This document shows, one piece after another, positions 19,011 through 27,498 of a stretch of DNA of 64,000 nt. Made by a program: the position numbers and the translations under genes. The stretch is taken from the NCBI GenBank assembly GCA_963837465.1, contig CAWINB010000004.1, positions 74,853 through 138,852 on the forward strand. The letters are read 5' to 3'. Source of the DNA: Candidatus Doudnabacteria bacterium (GTDB taxonomy: Bacteria > Patescibacteriota > Doudnabacteria > UBA920). Under the pieces are notes generated by a model. That model was not told the origin of the DNA, made no database searches, and saw only the letters and a list, made by a program, of their open reading frames with translations. Each line of letters opens with the position of its first letter. Positions within the stretch are counted from its first letter, which is position 1.

Positions 19011-22000
19011 TTATTTCTGAACAAAGGAATCCCATTCTGATAAACTAACAAATAAGTCTTTATAAACCAATTTATCTGCGCCGCCTTTGGCCTTCGCGGC
19101 ATCTCTAATTTTATTAATCATATATAAACCTTTTCGAGCTATATTATAAGCTCCATTTGCGTCTCCGTTTATTATTGTTGCCAGACTAAGATTAGCATCT
19201 TTAGGATTACGGCTATCAAAACTGCAAACAGGGCATTGTATAAAATCATCATCCTTTTCAGAACTATTACGAATAGATAGCAATAGGCCAAAATAAAATA
19301 AAAAGTTTTTATAAAATTGCGCCGTCAAATTAGCATTAATTATCGCGTCTGTTATATCCCCTTTTCCACGCCAGTCAATCTTGGATTCGTCAAATAATTC
19401 AATAAACCTTTCTGTAATTTGATAGCTATTAGTAATATAACGCTTTTCTCCATTTTCAATTCTAGGGCTAGTCTTATAGCGAATAACGTCTGAATATAAA
19501 GTCCATTCGTTTTTCCCTGATGGTTTTTCATTACTGAAGTCAGCAATCTTATAAGTAAAAGCGAGCCTATTATTTTTTACCTCGTACTGGATCCGTAAAT
19601 TTTGGATTAACTCTTTTGATTTTTCAACATTTTCGAAAACAGTCTTTAGCCGCGCATCTTTACGGAAACCACAGTTTGGGCAGGTGGTAGAAGTATAAGC
19701 TGGGGCCGTATAGAATATCACACCCGTTTGTCCGGAAAGATTCTGAACACTTTGTATTGGAGAAGTTAGCTGAAAAGCTTTTAAAGGATGACCGAATTCA
19801 CCCTCTTGAGCGTGTTTAAGTACCAAAAAATTCAACTTTTTTACCAATGCCAATTCTAACTTTTGATAAACCTGTTTTTCTATTTTTGTTCTCCCGCGTT
19901 TAAACTTACTATTCAAATCCTCAAATATCACAATAGCATTATACTTTATAACTAAATCGCATAACTTTTTAACGGCGTGGGAAGCATAACCTTCTTTGAG
20001 TTCTTTGATATTTGCTATGGCCTGCCAGTCTAACCGAGCTTGTTTCCGTTGTTTTTCTCTTTCGTCTAATTTTTGGTGATAAGAAATACCATTAACTACA
20101 TTTAGACTCTGATGCTCATTTTCAATAATATTACCCTCGCCATCCAATATACAATAATAACCCAAGTGTTTTTCACCTCGGTCTATACCAATAATATTAA
20201 TCTTATTTTGTACCAACTCCTTATTAACTGCTATGTTAAAATTTTTAGGTGTAATAGCGCCACTATTTGCGTTTAATGATATGGGTAGATGAAGTAATAT
20301 TTTATCTTCCGTGTATCTTTTGTTCCCTATAACATCAATTTTAGTTTTCCTTTCTTTATCAACAACAGACTTAAGTGATTTTGGCCGGAAAAAAACTTCA
20401 GCTCCACCACTTAATTTAAAGACCAAATCGTTCAAATTTTGTTTATCAAATAAAAGTTTGAAGTATGTGGTATGCAGGTTTTCCTTACCGGATGATTTTT
20501 TAGCAAAATCCTTTGAATAAATCTCAAACAAATATAAATGTTTATCTGCCGTTTCTTTAGTTTTTTTATTTGTTCTAATATATACCCCCTGCTCTACATA
20601 AACTTGACTAACCTGTTCAAAATCAAGTTCGTAAGTATTAACCAATTCCAAATCAGCCAGTAAGTCCTTGGTGGCGACATATGTTTTACTAACAAGACTT
20701 TGCAACTCTGGGAACTTTGATATTTTAGTCAGCAGAATTTTGTTAATCCTTTCCAACAATTTTTTCTCAGACATAAGCTTCTTGTCGTCTTTGAAAGTTG
20801 AGCCAAACATGCCTTTATAACTACTTCCAAAAAGACTTGTGGTTTTGAGCTGCTTGTAGACCATTTTTTCATATCGTGCTCCTTTTTCAAATGCAGTAAA
20901 AGCTTCTGGATACTTCTGCCTTTCAAATAATCCTGGGTCATCAGAAATTCCCAGAAAGAACTTTTTATGCTTTTTGAAAATAAAACCACAAAATTGAGCC
21001 GCGCCGGCATCATTTTCAGACCAGCCATCTAATAAATTCCCTTTATCAAAATTCAACTTAACCTTTCTGGTCAAAAATATTTTTTTTGTCAAAAAATTAC
21101 GTAAAGCATCATAATATTTAAAGGCTGCCCAATTATGGTATATATCATTAAATGAATTATAAAAATTGCTTTCAATTTTTATATCTGCAATTTTCTTCTT
21201 CCCTTTTTCTAAAGCTAAATATTTTACCATACGGTATAAGCTTAAAACCGCTTCGGCATAATGCTTTACAATTTCCAAAGACTGTGGGGTTTTATTCCAC
21301 TTTTGTTTCAATAATAACCCAAGCTCTTTATTTGCTTCTTGATAAATCTTTAATAGTTGATAAAATTCACTGAGCCAAATGTTGTAAAAATTATGCAAAT
21401 GACTTTGCGTGGAATCGATTGTCTTAGTTTTAATATATTCTTCCTTAAAAAGATCTTCGTTTTTTATATAGCGTAATGTTTCCAGTGCATTGCTAATTTC
21501 CATAAAACTAACAAAATCCGGTAAATTATCTTTTATATCTTTTTTCTTTTTTTCTTCATTAACAATATTTATAACGGCTTGTTTAAAAATTTCACCATTT
21601 TTAAACCATTTATAGCTTATTGTATTAAAAGCTTGTCCGTTTACATAAATTCCCGATAAATCAAAAGGGGCTTTATCTATGAGCAACGATTTAAATAATT
21701 TTTCAATTTCTGGGATAACTTCATTATTTTCTCTTTCAAATTCGTTTAGTGTGTCTAATAAATTATCATCGTCTTCAATAATTAATCTACCAACTTCTTG
21801 GGCAGATTTCTCGCTTAGAATCTGCTTATACAAAGCCTGAAATAATGGCAATTTTTCTTCTTTGTGTTTCTGCCTATATTCATTAATTTTTTGATTCAAG
21901 CCCTTAGCTCCAACGCCGCCAGCTTCCTTATCTGCGCCAATTATTTTATTATAGACATCAATACCAGATTGCAAAAAACAGTTATTATAATAATCCAAAT

Positions 22001-22718
22001 TAAATATTTTTAAATCCTCCTCGCTAAATGCCAGATCGCCTTGTAGCTGACCTTTATAATATTTATCAAACAGCTCCTTATTTTTGGAAAAAATGGTTAA
22101 GTTTTCATCTATAATACGATTAGCAATTGCCGTATCTTCAGCGCCATCGCTATACAAATTTTCTCTGCTTTGACGAAAATTTCCCAAAGAAGTTGCAAAT
22201 TTTTTAAAAGAATCGATCAAAGCTACCGCTTCTTTATTTTTAATCTCTTGAGACTTTAAGATATCCAAAATTTCCTTTTTGAACAGAAATTTAAAGTCCG
22301 TCGAATTTTCAGCAAATTTTACACCATCGGCCGTATATTTTTCTCTCCACTTATCACCAGCGATTTTAAAATATTCAACAACCTCTCTACGTAGATTCTC
22401 TTTTTCTTTACTAAACGGATTCACTTTACCTTTTAACCCAGTTAAATTGCTACTAGTAAACAGCTCATAAAATTCCTTAAAATCCATTTCAGGGGCCATC
22501 AAGGCATCTATTACAAAACGACGATGTACTTCGTCCAAATATGGTTTTATTTTTTTATAATTTTCCGCTACTAATTTATCTTTTTCAATTATCCGGTTTT
22601 CCACCAACATTTTTAAAGTGTTTCCAACCGGCTTCAACTCAAACCTTAAAGTCTTGGAAAGGGCGTATTTTCCAGTAAATTGTTCAAAAATAGACTTTTC
22701 CTTAATTGTGTTTGGCAT
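19011..22718 (-). CDS. cas12a: Cas12a (Cpf1) type V-A effector nuclease
   Basis: 1235 aa with N-terminal 'YALSKTLRFELKPVGNTL'. RuvC-I 'IGIDRGEKHLGYYCIL', RuvC-II '...VIFEDLNSKFKRGR', RuvC-III 'DANGAYNIARKGL'. Adjacent cas4-cas1-cas2 and a Cas12a-type repeat. Confidence 0.9.
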   Translation of the reverse strand: MPNTIKEKSIFEQFTGKYALSKTLRFELKPVGNTLKMLVENRIIEKDKLVAENYKKIKPYLDEVHRRFVIDALMAPEMDFKEFYELFTSSNLTGLKGKVNPFSKEKENLRREVVEYFKIAGDKWREKYTADGVKFAENSTDFKFLFKKEILDILKSQEIKNKEAVALIDSFKKFATSLGNFRQSRENLYSDGAEDTAIANRIIDENLTIFSKNKELFDKYYKGQLQGDLAFSEEDLKIFNLDYYNNCFLQSGIDVYNKIIGADKEAGGVGAKGLNQKINEYRQKHKEEKLPLFQALYKQILSEKSAQEVGRLIIEDDDNLLDTLNEFERENNEVIPEIEKLFKSLLIDKAPFDLSGIYVNGQAFNTISYKWFKNGEIFKQAVINIVNEEKKKKDIKDNLPDFVSFMEISNALETLRYIKNEDLFKEEYIKTKTIDSTQSHLHNFYNIWLSEFYQLLKIYQEANKELGLLLKQKWNKTPQSLEIVKHYAEAVLSLYRMVKYLALEKGKKKIADIKIESNFYNSFNDIYHNWAAFKYYDALRNFLTKKIFLTRKVKLNFDKGNLLDGWSENDAGAAQFCGFIFKKHKKFFLGISDDPGLFERQKYPEAFTAFEKGARYEKMVYKQLKTTSLFGSSYKGMFGSTFKDDKKLMSEKKLLERINKILLTKISKFPELQSLVSKTYVATKDLLADLELVNTYELDFEQVSQVYVEQGVYIRTNKKTKETADKHLYLFEIYSKDFAKKSSGKENLHTTYFKLLFDKQNLNDLVFKLSGGAEVFFRPKSLKSVVDKERKTKIDVIGNKRYTEDKILLHLPISLNANSGAITPKNFNIAVNKELVQNKINIIGIDRGEKHLGYYCILDGEGNIIENEHQSLNVVNGISYHQKLDEREKQRKQARLDWQAIANIKELKEGYASHAVKKLCDLVIKYNAIVIFEDLNSKFKRGRTKIEKQVYQKLELALVKKLNFLVLKHAQEGEFGHPLKAFQLTSPIQSVQNLSGQTGVIFYTAPAYTSTTCPNCGFRKDARLKTVFENVEKSKELIQNLRIQYEVKNNRLAFTYKIADFSNEKPSGKNEWTLYSDVIRYKTSPRIENGEKRYITNSYQITERFIELFDESKIDWRGKGDITDAIINANLTAQFYKNFLFYFGLLLSIRNSSEKDDDFIQCPVCSFDSRNPKDANLSLATIINGDANGAYNIARKGLYMINKIRDAAKAKGGADKLVYKDLFVSLSEWDSFVQK

Positions 22719-22801
22719 AAGTTTTATTAGGAAAATTTAATTGTTAGGCTTATTTTAGGATAATTTCATAGTTTTTACAAATTTCGAGGCCGTTGACAAA
22801 T

Positions 22802-22830
22802 ATATTAAAACTGCTAAACTGTTTATACAA
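22802..22830 (-). promoter_or_regulatory. putative sigma70-type promoter for cas12a (TTGTAT-17-TAATAT on the minus strand)
   Basis: About 75 nt upstream of the cas12a ATG. Overlaps a plus-strand TTGACA-16-TAAACT promoter-like sequence (22793-22820). Confidence 0.4.
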
Positions 22831-22850
22831 ATGGTCACTAGGCCAACCGA

Positions 22851-22875
22851 GGCTCCCGAAAGGGAGCCGTTTTTT
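22851..22875 (+). terminator. plus-strand intrinsic terminator GGCTCCC-gaaa-GGGAGCC + T6, abutting the mazF-like stop
   Basis: Perfect 7-bp stem with a GNRA-like loop and T-run. Not terminator-like on the minus strand. Confidence 0.55.
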
Positions 22876-23269
22876 ATAGACCTAATAAACCTCCAAGCTT
22901 TTGTTTTATGGCTTGAAGCTGAGCTGGGGATATTTTTCTAACAAGTCTTCTAAACCTTTTTACGCTTACCAGCCGGAGCTGGGACAGGATGACGCTATAC
23001 AGATTTCCCTGATATTCAAGACCGTGATAATAAATACCGATTTTTTCTTTGCTTGTCATTGGCAAGACCCATGCCAACTTTGCGTTAAATTTCCTTACTA
23101 CTAAAACAGGCCTTTCATATAAATCGTTCTTTCCGTCCTGTTCATCACCCAAGTTAACTCCAATACTACACCACCAAATTTCTCTTTCATGAAAGGGTAG
23201 AGTGTCCGGAGCGATTATCTCTAAATTTTTCTTTTCTTTGTTCCAGCCGTCAAAATTTTTTTGATACAT
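22874..23269 (-). CDS. MazF/PemK-family endoribonuclease toxin-like protein (solitary)
   Basis: 'REIWWCSIGVNLGDEQDGKNDLYERPVLVV...VLPMTSK...SVILSQLRLVSVKRF' aligns with the MazF/EndoA core (GDV...GSEQ.G.RP.LV...P.TS...S.VLLDQIRTIDK.RL). No adjacent antitoxin ORF. Confidence 0.65.
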   Translation of the reverse strand: MYQKNFDGWNKEKKNLEIIAPDTLPFHEREIWWCSIGVNLGDEQDGKNDLYERPVLVVRKFNAKLAWVLPMTSKEKIGIYYHGLEYQGNLYSVILSQLRLVSVKRFRRLVRKISPAQLQAIKQKLGGLLGL

Positions 23270-23408
23270 TTATTTTATCTTGTAAGTTATCCGGGAGAAC
23301 TTATACTTACCCCTTCTTATATAGTATACGAACGTTTACCTTATGTAAAGTGCATAGCTATGGCCAATTTAACAACGGTTTTAAAAATGCTATAATTCAG
23401 CCATAGCT

Positions 23409-24389
23409 ATGGACAAGGTTATTGAAATCCAAAATTTAAAGAAAAGCTATCCGCTGGCCAAGGGGAAAAGTTTGGAAGCCATTAAGGGTACGTCTTTTTT
23501 TGTTGGGAAGGGCGAGATTTTTGGGATTTTGGGGCCGAATGGGGCGGGCAAGACTACGACTTTGGAGATTATAGAGGGCCTAAAACGGCAGACTGATGGC
23601 TTGGTAACCGTTTTAGGTTTTAACAACATAACGCAAGCCGATGAAATAAAAAAACGCATTGGGGTGCAGCTGCAATCGGCCGACTATCTCCCCTATTTAA
23701 CCTTAGGGGAATTATTAGATTTATTTGCGTCGCTTTATAGCCCTGTAGCGCAGGCCCCCGGCCTGCCCAAGCAGGAAAAGCAGGCCACGGGCCTGCGCTA
23801 CAAGAAACTCGATTTGCTAAAGCTCGTAGACCTACAAGAAAAAGAAAACGAACAGGTTAAAAACCTGTCCGGCGGCCAAAAGCAGCGTTTTACGATTGCT
23901 ACTTCTTTGGTTAACCGGCCGGAAATTTTATTTTTAGATGAGCCGACCACGGGCCTGGACCCGGCCGCGCGCAGGAATTTGTGGGATTTGGTAAAAAAAA
24001 TCAACGCCCGCGGAATCAGCATTGTCCTGACCACCCACTACATGGAAGAAGCGGAGTTTTTATGCCATCGCGTGGCTATTATGGACCACGGCGAAATTTT
24101 AAAAATAGACGAACCGAGGAAACTTATTGAACAGCTTTCTGGCACTGTGCAGGTTAGTTTTTTAACCAGCGATGACTGCGACGCCGAAATATTCAAATCC
24201 ATAACTGGGGTTAAAAAAGTTTACAGCCAGGCCCCGAAAACCATTATTGATATTGAGAACTTGGATAAAGTTGCCTCGGTAATAGAAAAACTTAAAGCTT
24301 CTAAAATTACTTTCAGCGGCTTTACCGTAAAAACCGCAAGCCTTGAAGATGTTTATTTGCAATTAACAGGCAGAGAATACCAGGAATAG
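23409..24389 (+). CDS. ABC transporter ATP-binding protein
   Basis: Walker A 'GPNGAGKTT', signature 'LSGGQKQR', Walker B 'ILFLDEPTTGLD'. Confidence 0.9.
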   Translation: MDKVIEIQNLKKSYPLAKGKSLEAIKGTSFFVGKGEIFGILGPNGAGKTTTLEIIEGLKRQTDGLVTVLGFNNITQADEIKKRIGVQLQSADYLPYLTLGELLDLFASLYSPVAQAPGLPKQEKQATGLRYKKLDLLKLVDLQEKENEQVKNLSGGQKQRFTIATSLVNRPEILFLDEPTTGLDPAARRNLWDLVKKINARGISIVLTTHYMEEAEFLCHRVAIMDHGEILKIDEPRKLIEQLSGTVQVSFLTSDDCDAEIFKSITGVKKVYSQAPKTIIDIENLDKVASVIEKLKASKITFSGFTVKTASLEDVYLQLTGREYQE

Positions 24390-24420
24390 CAAATAGGCGA
24401 TAGGGATTAGGCAATAGCAT
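24390..24420. repeat. left inverted repeat flanking the four-helix-bundle gene (…AATAGGCGATAGGGATTAGGCAATAGC)
   Basis: Reverse complement shares GATTAGGCAATAG with 24794-24820. Confidence 0.5.
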
Positions 24421-24789
24421 ATGCAAATTCAAAGTTACAAAGATTTAATAGCATGGCAAAAGTCCATAATCCTTGTGAAGATTATTTACAAGATTTGTAA
24501 AGAATTTCCTAAAATGGAGTTATATAATCTTTCCAGCCAGATGCAGCGCTCAGCGATTTCCATACCATCTAATATTGCGGAAGGCTGGGCAAGAAACCAC
24601 AAACTTGAATTCGCCCGATTTCTTTCGATTGCTTATGCATCGGCCGCAGAACTGGAAACTCAAATCATTATTGCAAAAGATCAATATCCGGCTGTTGACT
24701 ACACAGAAGCAGAAAATTTATTATTAGAAATACAAAAAATACTATTTGTTCTTATAAGAAACACCAAATCGGCTGAACAAAAATGGTAG
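24421..24789 (+). CDS. four-helix-bundle protein (23S rRNA intervening-sequence protein family), inserted between the ABC ATPase and permease genes
   Basis: 122 aa; 'YKDLIAWQKS...LSSQMQRSAISIPSNIAEGWAR' is typical of TIGR02436-like proteins. Confidence 0.8.
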   Translation: MQIQSYKDLIAWQKSIILVKIIYKICKEFPKMELYNLSSQMQRSAISIPSNIAEGWARNHKLEFARFLSIAYASAAELETQIIIAKDQYPAVDYTEAENLLLEIQKILFVLIRNTKSAEQKW

Positions 24790-24793
24790 TGCG

Positions 24794-24820
24794 CCCCTAT
24801 TGCCTATTGCCTAATCACTA
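24794..24820. repeat. right inverted repeat flanking the four-helix-bundle gene (CCCTATTGCCTATTGCCTAATCACTA); a related motif lies upstream of rpsT (42451-42487)
   Basis: CTATTGCCTAATC shared in inverted orientation with 24390-24420. Confidence 0.5.
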
Positions 24821-24826
24821 TTTTCT

Positions 24827-25570
24827 ATGAACCCCCTCTATCAACTCTTTCTTGCCCATCTTAAAATTATAATCCGCAACACCAGCGGAGTTTTTTGGAC
24901 GATTATTATGCCGGCGGTCATCTACATTGGCCTGTCGGTTTTGCCCATTGGCGCGGCGATTAACCCACAACTGCGTTATTCCAATTACGTTTTGCCCGGA
25001 ATTTTAGCTATGACTATTATGCAGGGCGGGATTTACGGCCTGGCTTACTGGATGACGGACTTAAAAGCCCTGGGCGTTATCAAACGTTTTTTGGTAACCC
25101 CGCTAAAAATGTGGCAGCTGATTATTGCCGTAGTCGGCGCGCGGCTGGTGCTTATTTTTTCCCAGGTGATAATTCTTACTTTAATCGGTATGGCTATTTT
25201 CCACGCCCAATTCTCCGGCAATATTGTTTCCACTATAATACTGGTATTTTTAGGCGGCTCAATATTCCTGCTGGTCGGACTATTGATAGCCAACTACGCC
25301 ACATCGTACGACACGGCCGCGCCAATAACCACGGGCATCGGGCTGCCTTTAACTTTTTTGGGAAATATTTTTTATCCCATTAGCCTGTTGCCCCACGGCT
25401 TAAGAATTTTCGCGGAACTTTTACCCATAACCTACCTGGCCGACGGCCTGCGCCAGGCCTATTTATACCCTTTTAATTTCGCGGTTATTGGAAAAAATAT
25501 TTTAGTCCTTGCTATTTGGCTGGTCGGGATGCTTATTGTGACAATATCTTTGTTTAGATTAAAAGAATAA
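24827..25570 (+). CDS. ABC-2 family transporter permease
   Basis: 247 aa with six predicted TM segments, downstream of the ABC ATPase. Confidence 0.8.
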   Translation: MNPLYQLFLAHLKIIIRNTSGVFWTIIMPAVIYIGLSVLPIGAAINPQLRYSNYVLPGILAMTIMQGGIYGLAYWMTDLKALGVIKRFLVTPLKMWQLIIAVVGARLVLIFSQVIILTLIGMAIFHAQFSGNIVSTIILVFLGGSIFLLVGLLIANYATSYDTAAPITTGIGLPLTFLGNIFYPISLLPHGLRIFAELLPITYLADGLRQAYLYPFNFAVIGKNILVLAIWLVGMLIVTISLFRLKE

Positions 25571-25605
25571 AAACACCAAAGCAAAAGACTTTGGTGTTTT
25601 TATTA
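25571..25605 (+). terminator. intrinsic terminator AAACACCAAAG-caaaagac-TTTGGTGTTT + T-run
   Basis: Perfect 10-bp stem directly after the permease stop. Confidence 0.7.
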
Positions 25606-25643
25606 TTGCGCTTTTTTTGCAATACCCCACGACTCCGCTGCGT

Positions 25644-25670
25644 TGTCATTGCGAGCGCGGCCGAAGCAAT
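25644..25670. repeat. palindromic element copy (b): GTCATTGC-GAGCGCGGCCGAA-GCAATC, ending 3 nt from the tsaB-like stop
   Basis: Same arms as the in-frame copy inside valS. Confidence 0.7.
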
Positions 25671-25673
25671 CTG

Positions 25674-25991
25674 TTAACATATATACTCGCGGTCAAACTT
25701 ATCTTTAGCCACAGCTTTTACCGGCACGTTCCAGGCAAAGCCCAAAGCCAGGGCGTGGGCAACGCCCATGCGCACGCCGGTGTAGGAACCAGGGCCTTTG
25801 TTTACGATAATCTTTCTAATTTTAGATTTAGGATTTGAGATTTTAGATTTCCGTAAAAATTCACCAAGCTTTGCCAAAACCTGATGGGACTTATGGGGGT
25901 CGATTTTGTAAAATTTTTTTACGGTTTCTTTACCGTCAAAAACCCCAAAAGTGACTTTATTAAAATCTGTTCCGTCTATGTATAGTATCAT
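25674..25991 (-). CDS. TsaB/YeaZ-like (N-terminal Kae1/TsaD-fold) protein, short (105 aa)
   Basis: 'GPGSYTGVRMGVAHALALGFAWNVP' matches the TsaB core. It lacks the usual C-terminal half. Confidence 0.5.
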   Translation of the reverse strand: MILYIDGTDFNKVTFGVFDGKETVKKFYKIDPHKSHQVLAKLGEFLRKSKISNPKSKIRKIIVNKGPGSYTGVRMGVAHALALGFAWNVPVKAVAKDKFDREYIC

Positions 25992-26002
25992 GCCGGTCTG
26001 GC

Positions 26003-26090
26003 GTCATCCTGAGGGAGCGCATCCGACCGAAGGATCTTACAAATTTAAGGGATCCTTCGTCCCTCGGATGCACTCGGGACTCAGGATGAC
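26003..26090. repeat. two inverted copies (c, d) of the element GTCATCCTGAG(G)GAGCGCATCCGAC(C)GAAGGATC, 13 nt apart, forming an ~88-nt palindrome; the TGA in copy d is the Mur-ligase stop codon
   Basis: 26003-26036 is the forward copy and 26050-26090 the reverse-complement copy. Stop codon tca/tga lies at 26081-26083. Confidence 0.7.
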
Positions 26091-27406
26091 GCCGATGTTA
26101 GCTTATTTAATTCTTCCCGCGCCACATCGCGATCATCCCACTCAATCCGTTTATTGCCGGGCAAGACCAAAAACTGCTCACTGCCTTTGCCGGTAATTAG
26201 CACAATGTCGTTTGCCTGGGCAATTTTTAAGGCGTGGGCGATGGCGGCGCGCCGGTCTAAAATTATTTCGTACGGCGGTTTCCTTAATTTAAAGCTGTTA
26301 ATTCCCTGCTCTATATTTGCCGCGATTTCCGCCGGGTCTGAGCCGTAGACGTCGTCGTTGGTCACAATAATATAGTCGGCAAACTGGGCCGCGGTTTTGC
26401 CGAAAATGAATCTTTTGGAACCATCGCGATGGCCGCCCGTGCAGCCGAAGACGTGGATCAATCGGTTGTGGGGAAACAGGCTGGCCGCCTCAAGCGAGCT
26501 TTTAATGGATATCGGTTCGCAGCCGTAATCCACAATTACGCCGAAACCCAGATTATTTTTCACCATTTCCATGCGGCCGGGAGCGCCACGGAAGCTTTTC
26601 AGCAGTTCCGCGGACTTGGCCAAATCCACTCCCAGCATAACCGCGCACGAGGCGGCCAAGCCGGCGTTTTTAGCGTTAAATTCAGCCAGTAAATCAACCA
26701 CAAAAGGCACGCCATCAATGGTAAATTCCGCCGGCGGCGCCATCCTGACCAACCCGGCGTTAAAAACTTTGTCCGCGTCCCGCGCCACGACATTGCCAAA
26801 GCTGACGCCGAATTTTTTATCGGCGGGAAAGCTTAAAAAATAACCGGACATCGCGTCATCCAGATTCACGCCGATTATTTTTCTCGGGAAAAAACTTTTT
26901 TTCCGGGCTTTTCCCAAAGCCCCGAACAATTTCCCTTTGGCCGCCTGGTAGTTGCCAAAACTGCCGTGGGAATCCAGGTGCGCGCGTGAAAGGTTCGTAA
27001 ACAAAGCTATGTCAAAATTAATCCCCAAATGGCGGTTTTGTTCCAGTCCTTCGGAAGTACATTCAATAACCGCGGCTTGGCATTTATTTTTTGCCATAGT
27101 ACGCAATTGCCGCTGCAGCAAAATTTCATTGGGCATGGACAAGCCGTGCTTGTTGATGTTTATGTTCTGCCCATCAAAAAATTCCACCGTTGTAATATAA
27201 CCCGTCCGCGTTCCCGCTCCGTTTAAAATATGCGCCAGCATAGCCGCCGTGGTTGACTTACCCACAGTACCGGTTATGCCAATGACAATCATTTTTCCGC
27301 TCGGGCGCCCATAATAAAAACCCGCGGCTCGGGCTGTTAAACCGTGGTAATAGGGGCGAATAAATTTTAACAAAGGCCGCGGCAACAGGCTTTTGAAGGA
27401 ATCCAT
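26081..27406 (-). CDS. Mur ligase family protein (MurE-like UDP-N-acetylmuramoyl-tripeptide synthetase)
   Basis: 'IGITGTVGKSTTAAML' P-loop typical of Mur ligases; central and C-terminal Mur ligase domains present. Confidence 0.65.
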   Translation of the reverse strand: MDSFKSLLPRPLLKFIRPYYHGLTARAAGFYYGRPSGKMIVIGITGTVGKSTTAAMLAHILNGAGTRTGYITTVEFFDGQNININKHGLSMPNEILLQRQLRTMAKNKCQAAVIECTSEGLEQNRHLGINFDIALFTNLSRAHLDSHGSFGNYQAAKGKLFGALGKARKKSFFPRKIIGVNLDDAMSGYFLSFPADKKFGVSFGNVVARDADKVFNAGLVRMAPPAEFTIDGVPFVVDLLAEFNAKNAGLAASCAVMLGVDLAKSAELLKSFRGAPGRMEMVKNNLGFGVIVDYGCEPISIKSSLEAASLFPHNRLIHVFGCTGGHRDGSKRFIFGKTAAQFADYIIVTNDDVYGSDPAEIAANIEQGINSFKLRKPPYEIILDRRAAIAHALKIAQANDIVLITGKGSEQFLVLPGNKRIEWDDRDVAREELNKLTSASS

Positions 27407-27498
27407 AGACTTATTTTGACAAAATAGCCAAAATTAAGCAATTATTCTATAATACAGCAGACAGAATCCATCTTCTTTGACACAAATTTGACACAAAA

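Noticed and set aside
25617-26196. ORFs 25617..25838 (+) and 25951..26196 (+) near the palindromic elements
   Set aside because: They overlap the tsaB-like and Mur-ligase genes on the opposite strand and are partly translated from the palindromic repeats. Spurious.
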